From Fistulifera solaris (taxonomy: Eukaryota): a stretch of DNA of 64,000 nucleotides. The DNA is taken from positions 186,001-250,000 of the forward strand of contig AP026154.1 of NCBI GenBank assembly GCA_030295235.1, read 5' to 3'. Shown here piece by piece: positions 12,160 through 24,802 of this stretch. The notes under the pieces are model-generated. The model was not told where the DNA came from. It did not search any database and saw nothing but the letters and a program-made list of their open reading frames with translations. The position numbers and the translations under genes were made by a program. Numbering within the stretch: position 1 is the first letter of the stretch; each line of letters opens with the position of its first letter.

Positions 12160-13486
12160 TTACAGTCGACAAACGGCATCAAGATCTCCCTCAACGGTTC
12201 CTAAATCACCTTCCCAAGTATTGCCACAAACTCTAGCACCACTCGCACGGATTGTTGTGCTTCCTACGGAAGCTGCGGCAAGCGAGGTTCCCAAGCGAAA
12301 GACATTCCGTCGTGATTTGTTCAATGGTCCTCCGGTGAAATCGATACCGATGCCTTTGTAACTGCCAACAATCTCATTGTTTTCAAATACTGAATCAGTG
12401 ATGGAATGACCAAATAGAGCATTGCCAAAGCGAAAGATCCGGCCATCAAAATCCTGCACTTCAATTCGATTGTTGCGAACACGAAAGTTCTCTCCCGTCA
12501 AAGATATCGCACCCACGTCCGTAAAATCCTCCGGATTACTGTACAATCCGTTGTTTAGCGTGAACAAATTGTCTTCAATGACAAACTCGCTCGTGTGAGC
12601 GTTTTCCCCCTGCGAGGATGGCGTAAGTATCCGGCCATCCTTTGAGTTTGTACGACATGTCAATGGTATTGTTGCGAATGTAAATTGAAGATTGCTTCAA
12701 AGGAAGATTGCCCAACAGTTCAAGTCCCTCATTTTCCGTCACAATGATATTATCTTCAATTTGAATGTTATCGAATCGCGTCGGAGGAAATCCGTATAAG
12801 CAACACGGTTGTGCATCGTTGGGACGGAAATTAGTATCATCGCCAAAGGTGATATCAAAGACATTGTTGGTGATCACAAAGGACCCACGAGACGCCCGTC
12901 CCGTCGCTATGATGCCGTGAACGTAATCAACGAAGCCGAACGGAAATCCTCGATTCTTTTGTATGCGTGGATGTGACAATTTGGAGTTGGTAAAGGTAAA
13001 TCCGTCCACGCTGGCCACATAAATAGCCTTGTTGATCCAGTCACGGAACCATAATCCATCTATGGTGACCGCACCTAAGGTGGTTGCTATGTGTACGGGC
13101 CCCATGACAGAATCGGGAAAATAGGGACGCAATCCGTCGCCCCCACCTTTGACAATCGTTTGCCATTCTTGATCAATATAGACGCCTTCCAGCGTCAATG
13201 CTTTCCGAATCACAACCGTATGTCGATTCCCAAAATTACTGCCCATATTGAAGGTTCCTTCACACAACCAGACGGTTCCTCCGATATTCGCTCGTGCAAT
13301 CGCTTTCGTCAAACGCCAATGGTCGACACGGGGACGTCCCGTCGGCCATACTTGTACCAAAGCTCCGCCGTCCGATACTCGAATACCACTCGAATCGGGG
13401 CTTGCACCACAGAGTTCATTGCGGGCTTGTGTTATCGAGCAGAGCGTTGAGCAAATGAGAAAGACGAACAGTCGTTTCATCGGCAT
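12160..13486 (-). CDS. Secreted right-handed beta-helix (pectin-lyase-like fold) protein
   Basis: Signal peptide MKRLFVFLICSTLCSITQA; LTKAIARA..GGTVWLCEGTF start motif; repeated I-x-N-N-x-I/F strands. Two ORFs are joined by a frameshift in a G-run near 12610 (AILAG|ENAHT). Confidence 0.7.
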
Positions 13487-14534
13487 CTGGGTGTCAAAGA
13501 ATGCTATGTTTGTGCTGCCATGCCGCCTGTCCTGAAGATTGAAATAGCGCTCATTCATTCGTTACAGTGATAACTAGTTGATGTTTGTGAGAAGGTATTT
13601 TCTGCTCGTTTTGATCAAAAAGTCAAATAATAATAGAATAGAAATGTGCGTGTGACGGCAACGCCCTCGAAAAAGGGTATGCGTATCCGTTGAGTGCGAG
13701 TAGGTTTTTTGGGTAAAGCGCTATAGGCTCAGAGTGTAATTTCACAGCTGTCACGACTGCATTTCAGTCACGAAGTATGGTCGTTTGAAATCTTTTAATA
13801 TCTGCTAGATCGGTGTCCTCAATGAGTTTCATTATGATTCAAATACTTCCAAAAGCATTTATAATGGAGGCCTCGTTTTTCCGTGTCGAAAATACGTGCG
13901 GACCGTCGTGTTCGATTGATAAGTATAGACCCAAACAGTAAAGAAGGCAATTCGGCCGAGGAGGAGTCAATGCAATCACCTGAATAGCCGTTCGATTTGG
14001 CATTTTAATTGTGCTTCATACTGGTAGCTACATTAATTTTACCACGAGCAATATTCGCAATGCACGGATTGATTATTAATGTCAAAAATGCAAGCGAAAC
14101 GGTGTCGTCGGATTTACTATAGACTCGAAGTGAAGGCGATCTTTCGTCAACAGCAAATCTAAACCAGCATTTAAGATCTAATTGACGGAGATTCTGTCTG
14201 ATGCGTTTTCGACATGACGCGGGCTCTGCGTCTCTAGCGAGCAGCACATCCCCGTTATCACGCAACAACTCATCAACATGCAAAGCAGAACCAACTAACA
14301 ATTTGTGCTTCTTTTCTGTTTGTGTTCTGATGTATCAAAGGCATTGAGGCTAAAAATTGCTGCGTAAACAAAGCTGGAACTTCACGGCACGGCGGCCAGC
14401 TTGCTCAAATACATATTACACAATAAGTCTGTCTTCATTCTGCATCAAAATATACTCGTTCCTTCTTTCGCTGCTCTATTTGCAATTGACTTCCTTCAAT
14501 GATTTTCAAAAAATAATCCCTCATGTGATCAACA

Positions 14535-16100
14535 ATGACATCGAAGACCGGCGTTCGATATGTGGTCATGACGACGAGCGGGAAACCCGTCTTTGTGTCT
14601 CCGGCAGATACCAACGAGACGGAAGAGAATGACACAACGCGTCTCTGCGGTATCGTACAAGCAATGCGCGTTTCGATTCAGCAAACACTGAACCAGCAAG
14701 ACATACATTACTTGAAAACAACGCAATCGACCCGTGTTGTGTGGATGACGGTACAGTCCTTCACGTGGATGGTGATCGTGCCCGTCCATCGCACAGAATC
14801 GCCTCTGGCTTATTGGAAAACACAATTGGAGCGTCTGTATCTGGCAATGATCATGATGTTCACAACTCAAATACATTCGTTGTTGAATCAAAATCCTCAA
14901 CTGGATGTGGAAAGTCTGTGGCGTCAACAATCACCCGAACAACTCGTTTATTTACGTGATGATGTTTCACGACAATCGATTGCCGGGTGGGGTATTCCGA
15001 CCTGCTATTTGTCGTCGGGGACATGGCGGTATGAGTTGGCGGCGTCGTTGATACAATTCCGCAATCCGTCGACGCCCGATCCTTGGATGGCACTTGTACT
15101 GGCTCGCACCAAGGGCGGCGACCCGAAACTCATCAATTACGTCGCCTCGACGGCATTTCCTGGTTTTACGACGAGTGATGGAGCCTTGTTTTGGAATTGG
15201 TTAAAACATCAACTGAGTGATGAATTTGCGAATAGCCAGCAACCATCAAATCCCAAGGCAATTCCGCTCTGCTTTCCTCATTTTCATGCTGGAGGATACT
15301 TGTATGCCACTTGGCATGTCCTGTCGAATCCTTTCACCTTGGTTCTACTCCATCAAAACGAACAGATCAATTCGTTTTCTATGGTGGATTCCCTTCGAAT
15401 TCACTTTCGACAGTCTTCGACCTTTGGGAGGAATTTCATTCGAGTCAACTCGAAGAACAGTGGTTATGGGAAGAATATCTCGATTTATCCCAAGCGGAGC
15501 ATTTTTTATTTCGGCTGCATCCCAGTTCTACGCCGTTCGCGCAATGCATCGTGTCACCCGAAGCATTGTTGCGGAAGCATTTGATCAACAATGAAAATTA
15601 CAGAGACGGCATGTGGCGGATGTATCATCAACTGTGTTGGCAATTACGTTTGGGATCGACGGGCGTTGAACCAACACTGAAGCATGTGCGGAAGATAAAG
15701 AATGAGTCGGTGGAGCATCGGCAACCTATTAACCCGAGTGTAGCGTCCGATTGTCCCATGCTACAGTGTATGGATGCACCGCCCTCCGTACAAGGCGTCA
15801 CATACATTACTCAGGGACCGACGACGTATCTTGCCATGAGTGGTCGAGACTTTGAATTGTACGTTTACCCAGAGGAAGTCATAGGTTTTGGCGTGCAAAA
15901 ACTCGTATCTCATCCTTTTCGTGGTTGTATCAATGATGTGAAGATATTTGACGACGAGTAGTTCGATCCTTCCGGAAGAAGTAGCAGCTCTTGGTGCCAA
16001 ACTAACACGACGATTACTGCAAGATCAATCCAAATGGTTTCTGACCAAGACGTTGAATATGTTTAAAAGCCACAACTCTGGACAGAAAATGGTGGGTTGA
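14535..16100 (+). CDS. MON1: Vacuolar fusion protein Mon1 (SAND family, Rab7 GEF subunit)
   Basis: VVMTTSGKPVF, LCGIVQAM, QLERLY...PQLDV, PLCFPHFHAGGYLYA and C-terminal FELY match the Mon1 longin pattern. Frameshift near 15400; intron ~15858-15942. Confidence 0.75.
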
Positions 16101-16171
16101 AGCGGAAAACGATTTGCGGCTGAAACGTAATGCGCTTTACGACTACAACAGCAAGACGCACTTATTTCTCT

Positions 16172-17432
16172 TTAAATGGTATCTGTTTGCAAGAACAACC
16201 TGGTCGTGGTTCGGAACTTGAGGAACTGCCGGATGGGCCACCAGATCAACGCAACGGCTCTTCGGGCATCTGCCTTCATGGCAGTCCATACTTGAGCGGG
16301 AGTCCATGTTGGATATCGCTCCAAGTAGAGAGCAGCAACACCAGCAGCATGTGGTGCCGCCATACTCGTACCGCTCAACCGTGCTCCACTGGTATCCCCA
16401 TAGATATAAGTGGATACAATCGAAACTCCAGGAGCGTACAAATCCACACAAGCACCGTAGTTGGAGAAATTGGCTCGGCGGTCCAACTCATCCGTCGCCC
16501 CAACGGTGATGGCATTTTGTACAAAAGATGGAGAATGCTGACAAGAATCACCGAAATTATTCCCCGCAGCTACCACCACCACAATGTTGGCAGCAACGGC
16601 TTCATTGATAGCCTCTTCGTACTCATACCTGATTCCTACGGTCCCCAAAGACAAGTTGATGACCATGGGTATCGTCGGATTCGCTTTTTTCTCCGCAATA
16701 ATATAATCGAAACCAGCCCGGATGGCGGAAAACGCCGTCGAGCGGTCGTTCCCAAAGACCTTGACATCCACCAGCTGAACTTTTTTGGCCACACCAACGG
16801 TGAGGCCCCCAACGATACCGGCGACGTGCGTCCCGTGTCCTTGCGTATCCCCGCAATTGCCCCCGAAATAGTTGAAGCCACACGTGACGCGGCCTTCAAA
16901 ATTGGTATGCGAGGCACGAATACCCGTATCGACGATATAAACTCGCACGCCGGTGCCGTTGTAGTTGAAAATGTAAGTTTGGTTGAGCGGAAGGCTGTTT
17001 TGATCGATGCGATCGAGTCCCCAATTGGGCGGGTTTCTCTGAACGGCGTCGATTGTCACGTAAAAGTCCTGTATAAAGAGTGAAGCGATTGAGCTCTGGC
17101 TGTTAGTGCACTAAAATGAAATGACATCTCTTGACATCAAGATACTTACAGGCACGACCTTTTCCACCGCCTTGTCTTGCATCAACAATTGATGTTGCTC
17201 GTCCGTGACTCCCGCCACAACAATTCCTTTCTCTAGTTCATAGATAACACGAACTGATTCGGAAGATGCACTTTCAGAAGAAAAGAAAAAGTCGTTGATT
17301 AGTAAAGCTACGATCCACATCCTCTTTGTAATAGACAATGTATTGCCCCGGAATGTCTGTCGCGTGAGTTGCCTGGAAAAGGGAGGCAATGCACGTTACA
17401 AGGAAGAGAAGTTGTTGATAGAACATTTTCAT
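16172..17432 (-). CDS. Secreted subtilisin-like serine protease (S8A, proteinase K/aqualysin-like) with I9 propeptide, copy 1
   Basis: Catalytic motifs IVDTG, GHGTHVAG, AAGN, SGTSMAAPH; propeptide IPGQYIV; NWGLDRIDQ. One intron and an apparent frameshift in the propeptide. Confidence 0.93.
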
Positions 17433-17580
17433 GATCGTTCCTTGGTATTAGAAGTGCAATGATGGTGAGGTCGTCGTTTTTTTTTTGAGCCTTTTCTCAC
17501 CGATCTTCCGATGAAGCAATGATCAGAAAGTCGTCCGCGCTCCTCGCGTCTCGCGCAAAGGAGTCTATGTTCTGGAGTCT

Positions 17581-17660
17581 GGAGACGGCTTTAAAATTCT
17601 GTGTCATCGTGGACTGTACGTATAATCTTGTACCGGAGGCAGAATTTTAACGTCGTTTCC
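17581..17660. repeat. ~75-bp inverted-repeat (MITE-like) element, copy 2
   Basis: ggagacggctttaaaattctg ... cagaattttaacgtcgtttcc forms a 21-bp inverted repeat with 3 mismatches. The loop tacgta.aatcttgtac is shared with the 1315-1390 copy. Confidence 0.7.
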
Positions 17661-18121
17661 GGTGTTTCTTCTTTCTTGTCCATTTTTTCACGAAGAGCGA
17701 AACGTCAAGCAGCTCTAATGCTACCAGGTACATCCTACATCGCTTGTCATTGGAAAGATTGAAATTATTTATTCCTAATTGTCCTCTCCTCTTGTACACA
17801 AAAATAGTAGTTATCAGTAACATTTATACCATTCAAAAGAGTATGAGGTAGAGCCGTTCCTCCGTCACTAATCACTAACAAGTAGAGAGATATTAGAAAA
17901 TGACACATGAGTGGAGTATCCATTACCTTGTATCCATTTTTTGCAAGCAGTACTTGTACAGTAGCCATTGGCAGTTTAAAATGGCCACGTCAGAACTCGG
18001 GCTAGCTAAGGGCTTGTTGCTTGTTACTCGTAGGGAGGCCCTGTCGTGAGTCGTGGAGTACTATTTACTATTGGTGTGAAAATATTGCGACACAGATGTG
18101 ACACCGCCGCGAAATCAGCAT

Positions 18122-19223
18122 TCACCCACAAAAATCGATCGCGGCCAACATGCCAACTAAAGCAGCCTCGGTGTTGACATTTCCTTTTCTTGCCAACCAG
18201 GAATTCGAAAACACAATCTGCGAAAAGATTGACTCATCTTGACCAACTTCAATAAGCGGTCGTTGATCACGAATGGCAGACGAAAGATCGCCACCGTGAT
18301 TGTCTTTGTTTGCTGCTGAGACAAAGTCAATCAGTTTCGGATGCTGCATGATGTTGTATTCGAATATTGTACTGCCATCTCGCTCTCCTGTTCGAATTTG
18401 CTGCTGCATCAGTGGATCCTTTTCATTGTTTTCAAGTGCGGTTCGCTGGCTTTGGGTCAACTGGACCCATCTGTGGTCTCAGATTTCATTATCTTCAAGA
18501 GTCTGGACGTATGCGACTCGATGTTTCTTCGGTCCTTCCTTTTTGTGACCGTCGCTGTAATATGAGCGTTTATGCGGTTTGAAAGCAAAAACAAGGTATT
18601 TCATCCACCGTCAAGAAGTTACTGGACATGGCTCATCCTTGAGTTTGCATTCAACTCACAGCAGGACGCGAGGGTATTGCTTTTCATTGTCGTTGAGTTG
18701 CTCCCACGATTTATCATCTGGACTGGGGTCTTCTACATCGTTGCTGTGTTCGTGTTGCAAGATCTCATCAAGGAAGCGATTCTGGAAATACCTGGTAGCG
18801 TTCTCGCTTGAGAGTTCTTCCTTTTAAGCATCCGCTGCAACTCCTGTCGTGCAATTTCTTTTGCGAAGGGATAGTGAATGAAATGGGCGGCTTGTAGCTA
18901 TGCTCGTCGGCCAAGAGATGCGGAAGAGTCTCCTTAGAGCGTTAGTCTACATTCCATCTTCGGAGAGTTTTCGCGGTAACGATTTGTCCACCAGTGGCTT
19001 GGTGTGTGGGATCTAATGCTATTATGCATCGAATGGAGTAGTGTTTCAGTGCAATGTCGAATGCAGCACTAGGGTATCGACGCTTTCTATGGAGTTCGAA
19101 GAGCGTTTTGTGATCGATGCGCTCATCTTTTCTGCTTTCATGGGGTGGTGAGAGGAACTCATCAATGTTTCCATCGTCCAGAGCGTTAGTAATTCTTTGC
19201 ACGGGCAATGCGAGGTTGTTCAC
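18122..19223 (-). mobile_element. Decayed IS630/Tc1-mariner-like DDE transposase (pseudogene, truncated after the first catalytic Asp)
   Basis: Reading through the stops gives TAKTLRRW...VTS*RWMKYLVFAFKPHKRSYYSDGHKKEGPKKHRVAY..EI*DHRWVQ...RPLIEVGQDESIFSQ. Multiple stops and frameshifts. Confidence 0.7.
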
Positions 19224-19518
19224 GAGATGTTACAGTGAAGATACTAAGTGTTTTTGGTCGGCAAACATATCAAATCGCATTTCCTTCTAGCAATTTGCAA
19301 GGTATAGTTTGAGAGAATCCACCAAGGCCACGACGGAAAGGTTCCATCATTGCATCCTTCTGAAAATGATGGTAGTGTTTGATCACATCAAAGGAAACAA
19401 AGGTAAACCATTCGTTGTCGCGAAACGTTGATAACTACATGCATGTCTCGTCTGATGTAGCGAAAAGGCACTGCTCCACAAAGACGCATTGCTGATTGGG
19501 ACGACTCTATCATTTGAT

Positions 19519-20830
19519 TCAAATGTTATCCGTTTGCAAAATGAGATTGGTCGTCCCTCTTGCTCGGACGAACTTTCGGAATGGAAATTTGGTTCGTACT
19601 ATGGCTTCTCGGGCGTCGCTCTGCATGGCATTCCATACTTGCGCCGGACTCCACGTGGGATTCTTCTGTAAATACAAAGCCGCGGCACCCGCGACATGCG
19701 GGGCCGCCATACTGGTACCACTGAAGACTGCTCCAATGCTATCGTTCAAATTTGAACTCGATAATATGTCGACTCCGGGCGCGTAGATATCGACACATGC
19801 GCCATAATTCGAAAAGCGTGCACTCCGATCCCACTTATCACTGGCTCCTACAGTTATTACACTCGTCGCAAAAGCTGGAGAAAAGCGACACGAACTCCCG
19901 GCATTGTTTCCCGCTGACACGACCACGACGATTCCGGCTGCCACAACATCGTCAATCGCTCGTTCAAATGCCGGGGAGACGCCTCGATATCCCAAGGACA
20001 TGTTGATGACCATGGGTATCGATGGATTGGCTTGTTTTTCTTGTCGCACAAATTGCAACGCCGCCAAAATAGTGGAAAAAAGAGCATAATCGTTCCCACC
20101 AAACACATTGACATTGACGAGTTGGACATTTTTGGCCACCCCGACCGCTTTCCCTCCAATCGTCCCCGCGACGTGCGTTCCGTGGCCTTGTCGATCGGCA
20201 CACCCATTGTCTACTAATTGAATGCCACACCGGACTCGTCCGCCAAATTGGTCATGCGTCGCTCGAATGCCCGTATCTAACACGTAAACTTGAACCCCGG
20301 AGCCATCGTAGTTGAATTCGTAAGCGTTATCGAGGGGCAAAGCCGCTTGATCGATGCGATCGAGTCCCCAATTGGGGGGATTCGGTTGTACGGTATCCAA
20401 ATGGATTTTGAAGTCCTACAAAAACAAAAACAAAAACAAATTGAGCGAAAACACGAACATCTTCTTTCCTTGACGTTTGCTTGTCAAGCATCTAATTACG
20501 TACCGGAAGGATACTTTCGACCGATTTGTCTTGCAGGATTTCTTGAACTTGTTGGTCGGTAATCCCTGATATCGCAATTCCTTGTTCCAGTTCTTGCAGA
20601 ACTTGAAAGGAATCGGAAGAGGCAATACTACCGCTGCTGCTGCTGCTGCTACTTGAAGAAGAAAAAAAGAGTCGTTCATTGGTGGCAATCCGATCCGCAT
20701 CTTGTTTGTAAAAGACAATGTATTGTCCTGGAATTTCGTCTTTTGCAGCGATTGCCGACAACAGGAATAATGTCAAAACAAGGATGCAATGTATCGAAGA
20801 AGAAGAAGAAAGAAGTGTTTGTTTGTGCAT
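19519..20830 (-). CDS. Secreted subtilisin-like serine protease (S8A), copy 2
   Basis: VLDTG, GHGTHVAG, SAGN, SGTSMAAPH; signal peptide plus IPGQYIV propeptide. Intron ~20416-20500 sits at the same position as in copy 1. Confidence 0.95.
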
Positions 20831-21144
20831 ACTGAAGATGTTAAGTATGATCAATTGCAACAAATATATAAAATATGAATGAGCAATTGCTTCATTTGAA
20901 GGGGGTCGTTTTTTTTTTGTCTCTTCCTTCGTCCTTCGTCCTTATCGGTTTTGCGCCTCGGACCCGGCCCATGTAAAAGGCGGATCGGGTGTTGGGTGTA
21001 CTGCCGCTTACTTTCGATTGGATAGCTAAAAAATCACATTGAAGGGCGAAGTTCTTCGCTGCCTTCTATAATTTCTACACTCGAAAAGCTAATCCGGGAG
21101 TGAAAAGCACAGCGCGGTAACGACTTCGGATTTCGGATTCCTGA

Positions 21145-21175
<31 letters not shown>
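21145..21175. repeat. (GTCT)7 microsatellite upstream of the purine gene
   Basis: Directly visible tetranucleotide run. Confidence 0.9.
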
Positions 21176-21361
21176 CCACCATTCAGGATCGCTTCTTATC
21201 TTCCTTCTTCCATCCACCATCAAAAACAAAATGAAACCAAAACGCAACGCAGTTTCCTAACATTTGATTCATTCCCAAGCGCTTCCTCGCAGTCCTCCTA
21301 TTCTTCTTTACTCGAAAAGGATCTTACGTTCATCTTGTTTCTTTTACTAATAAAAGAAAAA

Positions 21362-24300
21362 ATGACGACTACCGCTACGGCGTTGGGATTCGGCAATCGC
21401 GCGCCGTCCCTCGTCGTACAAGTTTTACAGGGTTTTCAACACATCATCCCGACTCGTTCGGCGGCTTTGCCACTCGCTTTATTGCAACAAGGAACGTTCT
21501 TACACAACACAGACATAGGGTTGGAAAACAACTCTCCTACAAAAATTTGCTCGTGTATTGTCTTCCCAATACAATCACGGAATATGTAAATGGTTGTACG
21601 GAAGCATCGACCGTCCGGACGGTGGTGTTGCAGCAAGCCGCCACCACCGTCGTGGCTGTTTATGATCCTGCCACGGATAGCTTTCTCGGTGGTGATATCA
21701 CTACCATTCAGCAGGCAGTATTGGAAGGTGGACAAACGACCGCACAACAGCAATTGGCCGTCGCGGCCTTGGAGGCATTGACACAATGGGATACCCAGTG
21801 GGCGATGCAACAAGGCACTCGTCGCGATACTGTACTAGTGGTGGGATCGGGAGGACGAGAACACGCCATTGCGGTGGCATTGGCCAAGTCACCGCTCATT
21901 GAACAAATTGTGTGTTGTCCCGGTAATGGTGGAACGGCCGTGGAAGGAGGCAAAATCATCAATGCTCCTTTACCGGGACAAGACAATGCGACGATTGTGC
22001 AACTGACGAAACAATATCAGGCCCGCATGGTAGTCGTAGGTCCGGAAGCGCCCTTGGTCGATGGTTTGGTGGATGTCTTGGCGAAAGAATGTCCCGACGT
22101 CTGGGCATTTGGTCCAACGCAAGCGGCGGCCGAGTTGGAAGCCAGCAAAGCATTTACCAAAGACTTTTTGTTACAACACAATATTCCGACGGCGAGATAT
22201 CGAAATTTCACCAAGGTCGAGGAGGCAATCACCTACGTCAACTCATTGGATATTGAAAACGATCGTCAAGTCGTCAAGGCATCTGGATTGGCGGCCGGTA
22301 AAGGGGTATTGCTGCCCACTACCAAGGAAGAAACCATTCAGGCTGTGAAGGAAATCATGTCGGATAAAGCTTTTGGAGCCGCCGGTGATACGTGTGTCAT
22401 CGAGTCTTTTCTTACGGGCCCCGAGGCGTCGTGTTTAGCGTTTTGCGATGGGAAAACGGCACGACTCATGCCCGCGGCGCAAGATCACAAGCGGGCATTA
22501 GATAATGATGAAGGTTTGAATACAGGAGGCATGGGTGCCTATGCACCGGCGCCTTGTGTCACGCCCGATTTACAAAAAGAAATTGAAGCCATGTGCATTA
22601 AAACAGTGGAGAAAATGGCAGAACGAGGCACACCGTATGTGGGAGTCTTGTATGCCGGCATGATGTTGACTCCGAATGGGCCGTACGTTTTAGAGTTCAA
22701 TTGCCGATTCGGGGACCCCGAAACGCAAGTCGTTTTGCCCTTGTTGGAAACGGATCTGTATGAAGTAATGAAAGCTTGTTGCACTGGAACGTTGGATCAA
22801 GTGGACGTCCGATTTAAGGAGTCGTGCAGTGCGGCTACTGTGGTGGGTGCAGCATTGGGATACCCCGAAGCCTATCCCAAGGGCATGGAAATTACTGGTT
22901 TGCAGAAAGCCAACAATATTGAGGGTGTGAAAGTGTACCATGCCGGGACAGTATTGGAGGAAGGAGTGACGCGATGCTCGGGTGGTCGTGTCCTTGCCGT
23001 CACGGGCTTGGGCTCGGACCTTCAAGGGGCACTCAAGACCGCCTACAGCGGAATCCATGAAGTTAATTTTGTTGGAGCGCAAGGAGAAAAACTCATGCAC
23101 AATCGAACAGACATTGGTCGCAAGGCCGTGGAAAAGAAACTACGCATCGGAGTGTTGGGATCCACGCGAGGCACAGCTCTCATTCCGGTCATTGAAGCAT
23201 GCGAGAGTGGCCGCATTCCGGCTGAAATTGTGGCTGTGGTGAGCAACAAGTCAACTGCACCTATTTTGGAGAAAGGTAAAGCGCTCGGTCCTACCGTTTT
23301 GACCAAAGCCATCTCTGCCCAAGGTCTCACGCGAGCCCAGTACGATGCGAATGCACGGCAGCACTTCTTGGTGCTGGAGTTGATTATGTCCTTCTCATTG
23401 GATACATGCGCATTTTGTCGAAATCGTTTTGCGATTTCTGGAAAGGACGCTGTATAAACGTCCACCCGTCGTTGCTCCCCAAGCATGCCGGCGGAATGGA
23501 TATGGCTGTCCACCAGGCTGTTGTTGACGCCAAGGAAGATGAAAGTGGCTGCACCATTCATTTGGTAACCGAACAGGTAGATGGAGGACCGGTCATCATT
23601 CAAAAGAAAGTTGCAGTAGCACCCGACGATACGGCGGAGTCGCTGAAAGCCAAGGTCCAACCCTTAGAAGGTCCGGCGTTTGTTGAAGCTATAGAAAAGT
23701 ACTGCCGAAAAGTCATCAGTTACTCCGATGCTGGAGTAAGTATTGACGCTGGAAACCGTTTGGTTGACATGATAAAGCCGTATTGCAAAGCCACAAGGCG
23801 GCTTGGTTGTGATGCAGACTTGGGCGGCTTTGGTGGACTATTCGATCTGGCTGCAGCGGGATATGATGCTTCCAATACCGTCCTGATTGGTGCGACGGAT
23901 GGTGTCGGCACGAAACTTCGCATTGCGCAGAGTATGGGAAAACATGAGACGATCGGTATTGACTTGGTCGCTATGTGTGTCAATGATTTGATTGTTGCTG
24001 GTGGTGAGCCATTGTTCTTCCTCGATTACTTTGCCACCGGGCATTTGGAGGTACACGAAGCAGCCAACGTGGTCAAAGGTATTGCTGAGGGCTGCAAGCA
24101 AGCAAACTGTGGCCTTATCGGTGGGGGAAACAGCCGAGATGCCATCTATGTATGCACCCGGTGATTACGATCTTGCAGGATTCAGCGTTGGCGCCGTCCT
24201 TCGTGATAGAATTTTACCCCAAGGAGTATCTGCTGGAGATGTTCTTTTAGGATTATCAAGTAGTGGCATTCACAGCAATGGTTACAGTTTGGTTCGAAAG

Positions 24301-24756
24301 CTCGTTGAGAAAGAGGGCCTTAGCTACACGAGTGCCTGTCCGTGGGATCCCAGTCAACCATCGATTGGAGACGCTCTTCTGACTCCCACAAGAATTTATG
24401 TCAAGTCTTGCCTACCTCTTATCAAGGCAGGATTGGTAAAAGCTATGGCACACATTACGGGAGGAGGACTTCTAGAAAACCTTCCTCGAAGTTTACCGAA
24501 AGATTTATCGGCAGACGTTACATTCCACCCGCCACTGCCGCCTGTTTTCAAATGGATGAAAGCTAGCAGCGGTCTCGACGATACTGAGATGCTGCGCACG
24601 TTCAACTGTGGAATAGGGATGGTTGTTATCGTTTCACCCAACTCGGTTAAGGCTGCGAAGGAAATGATGTTGTCATCGGGAGAATTGGAAGTATTTGAAC
24701 TTGGAACTCTTGTTGCGGGCTCTTGCGAAGTGATTGTCAAAAATTTGCTACAGTAA
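21362..24756 (+). CDS. Trifunctional purine biosynthesis enzyme GARS-GART-AIRS (PurD-PurN-PurM) with an N-terminal extension
   Basis: Pur[43 protein letters not shown]. Pur[25 protein letters not shown]. Pur[36 protein letters not shown]. Frameshifts at ~21540, ~23350 and ~24125. Confidence 0.93.
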
Positions 24757-24802
24757 ATAATTAATTATTAAGACACATTGGGCAGTTCATCGCGACCGCC
24801 GT

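Noticed and set aside
16130..17083. 317-aa plus-strand ORF
   Set aside because: Antisense shadow of the subtilisin gene, with no recognisable motifs.
17660..19480. Fanzor/TnpB cargo next to the transposase remnant
   Set aside because: No RuvC or zinc-finger motifs were seen in the frames I read.
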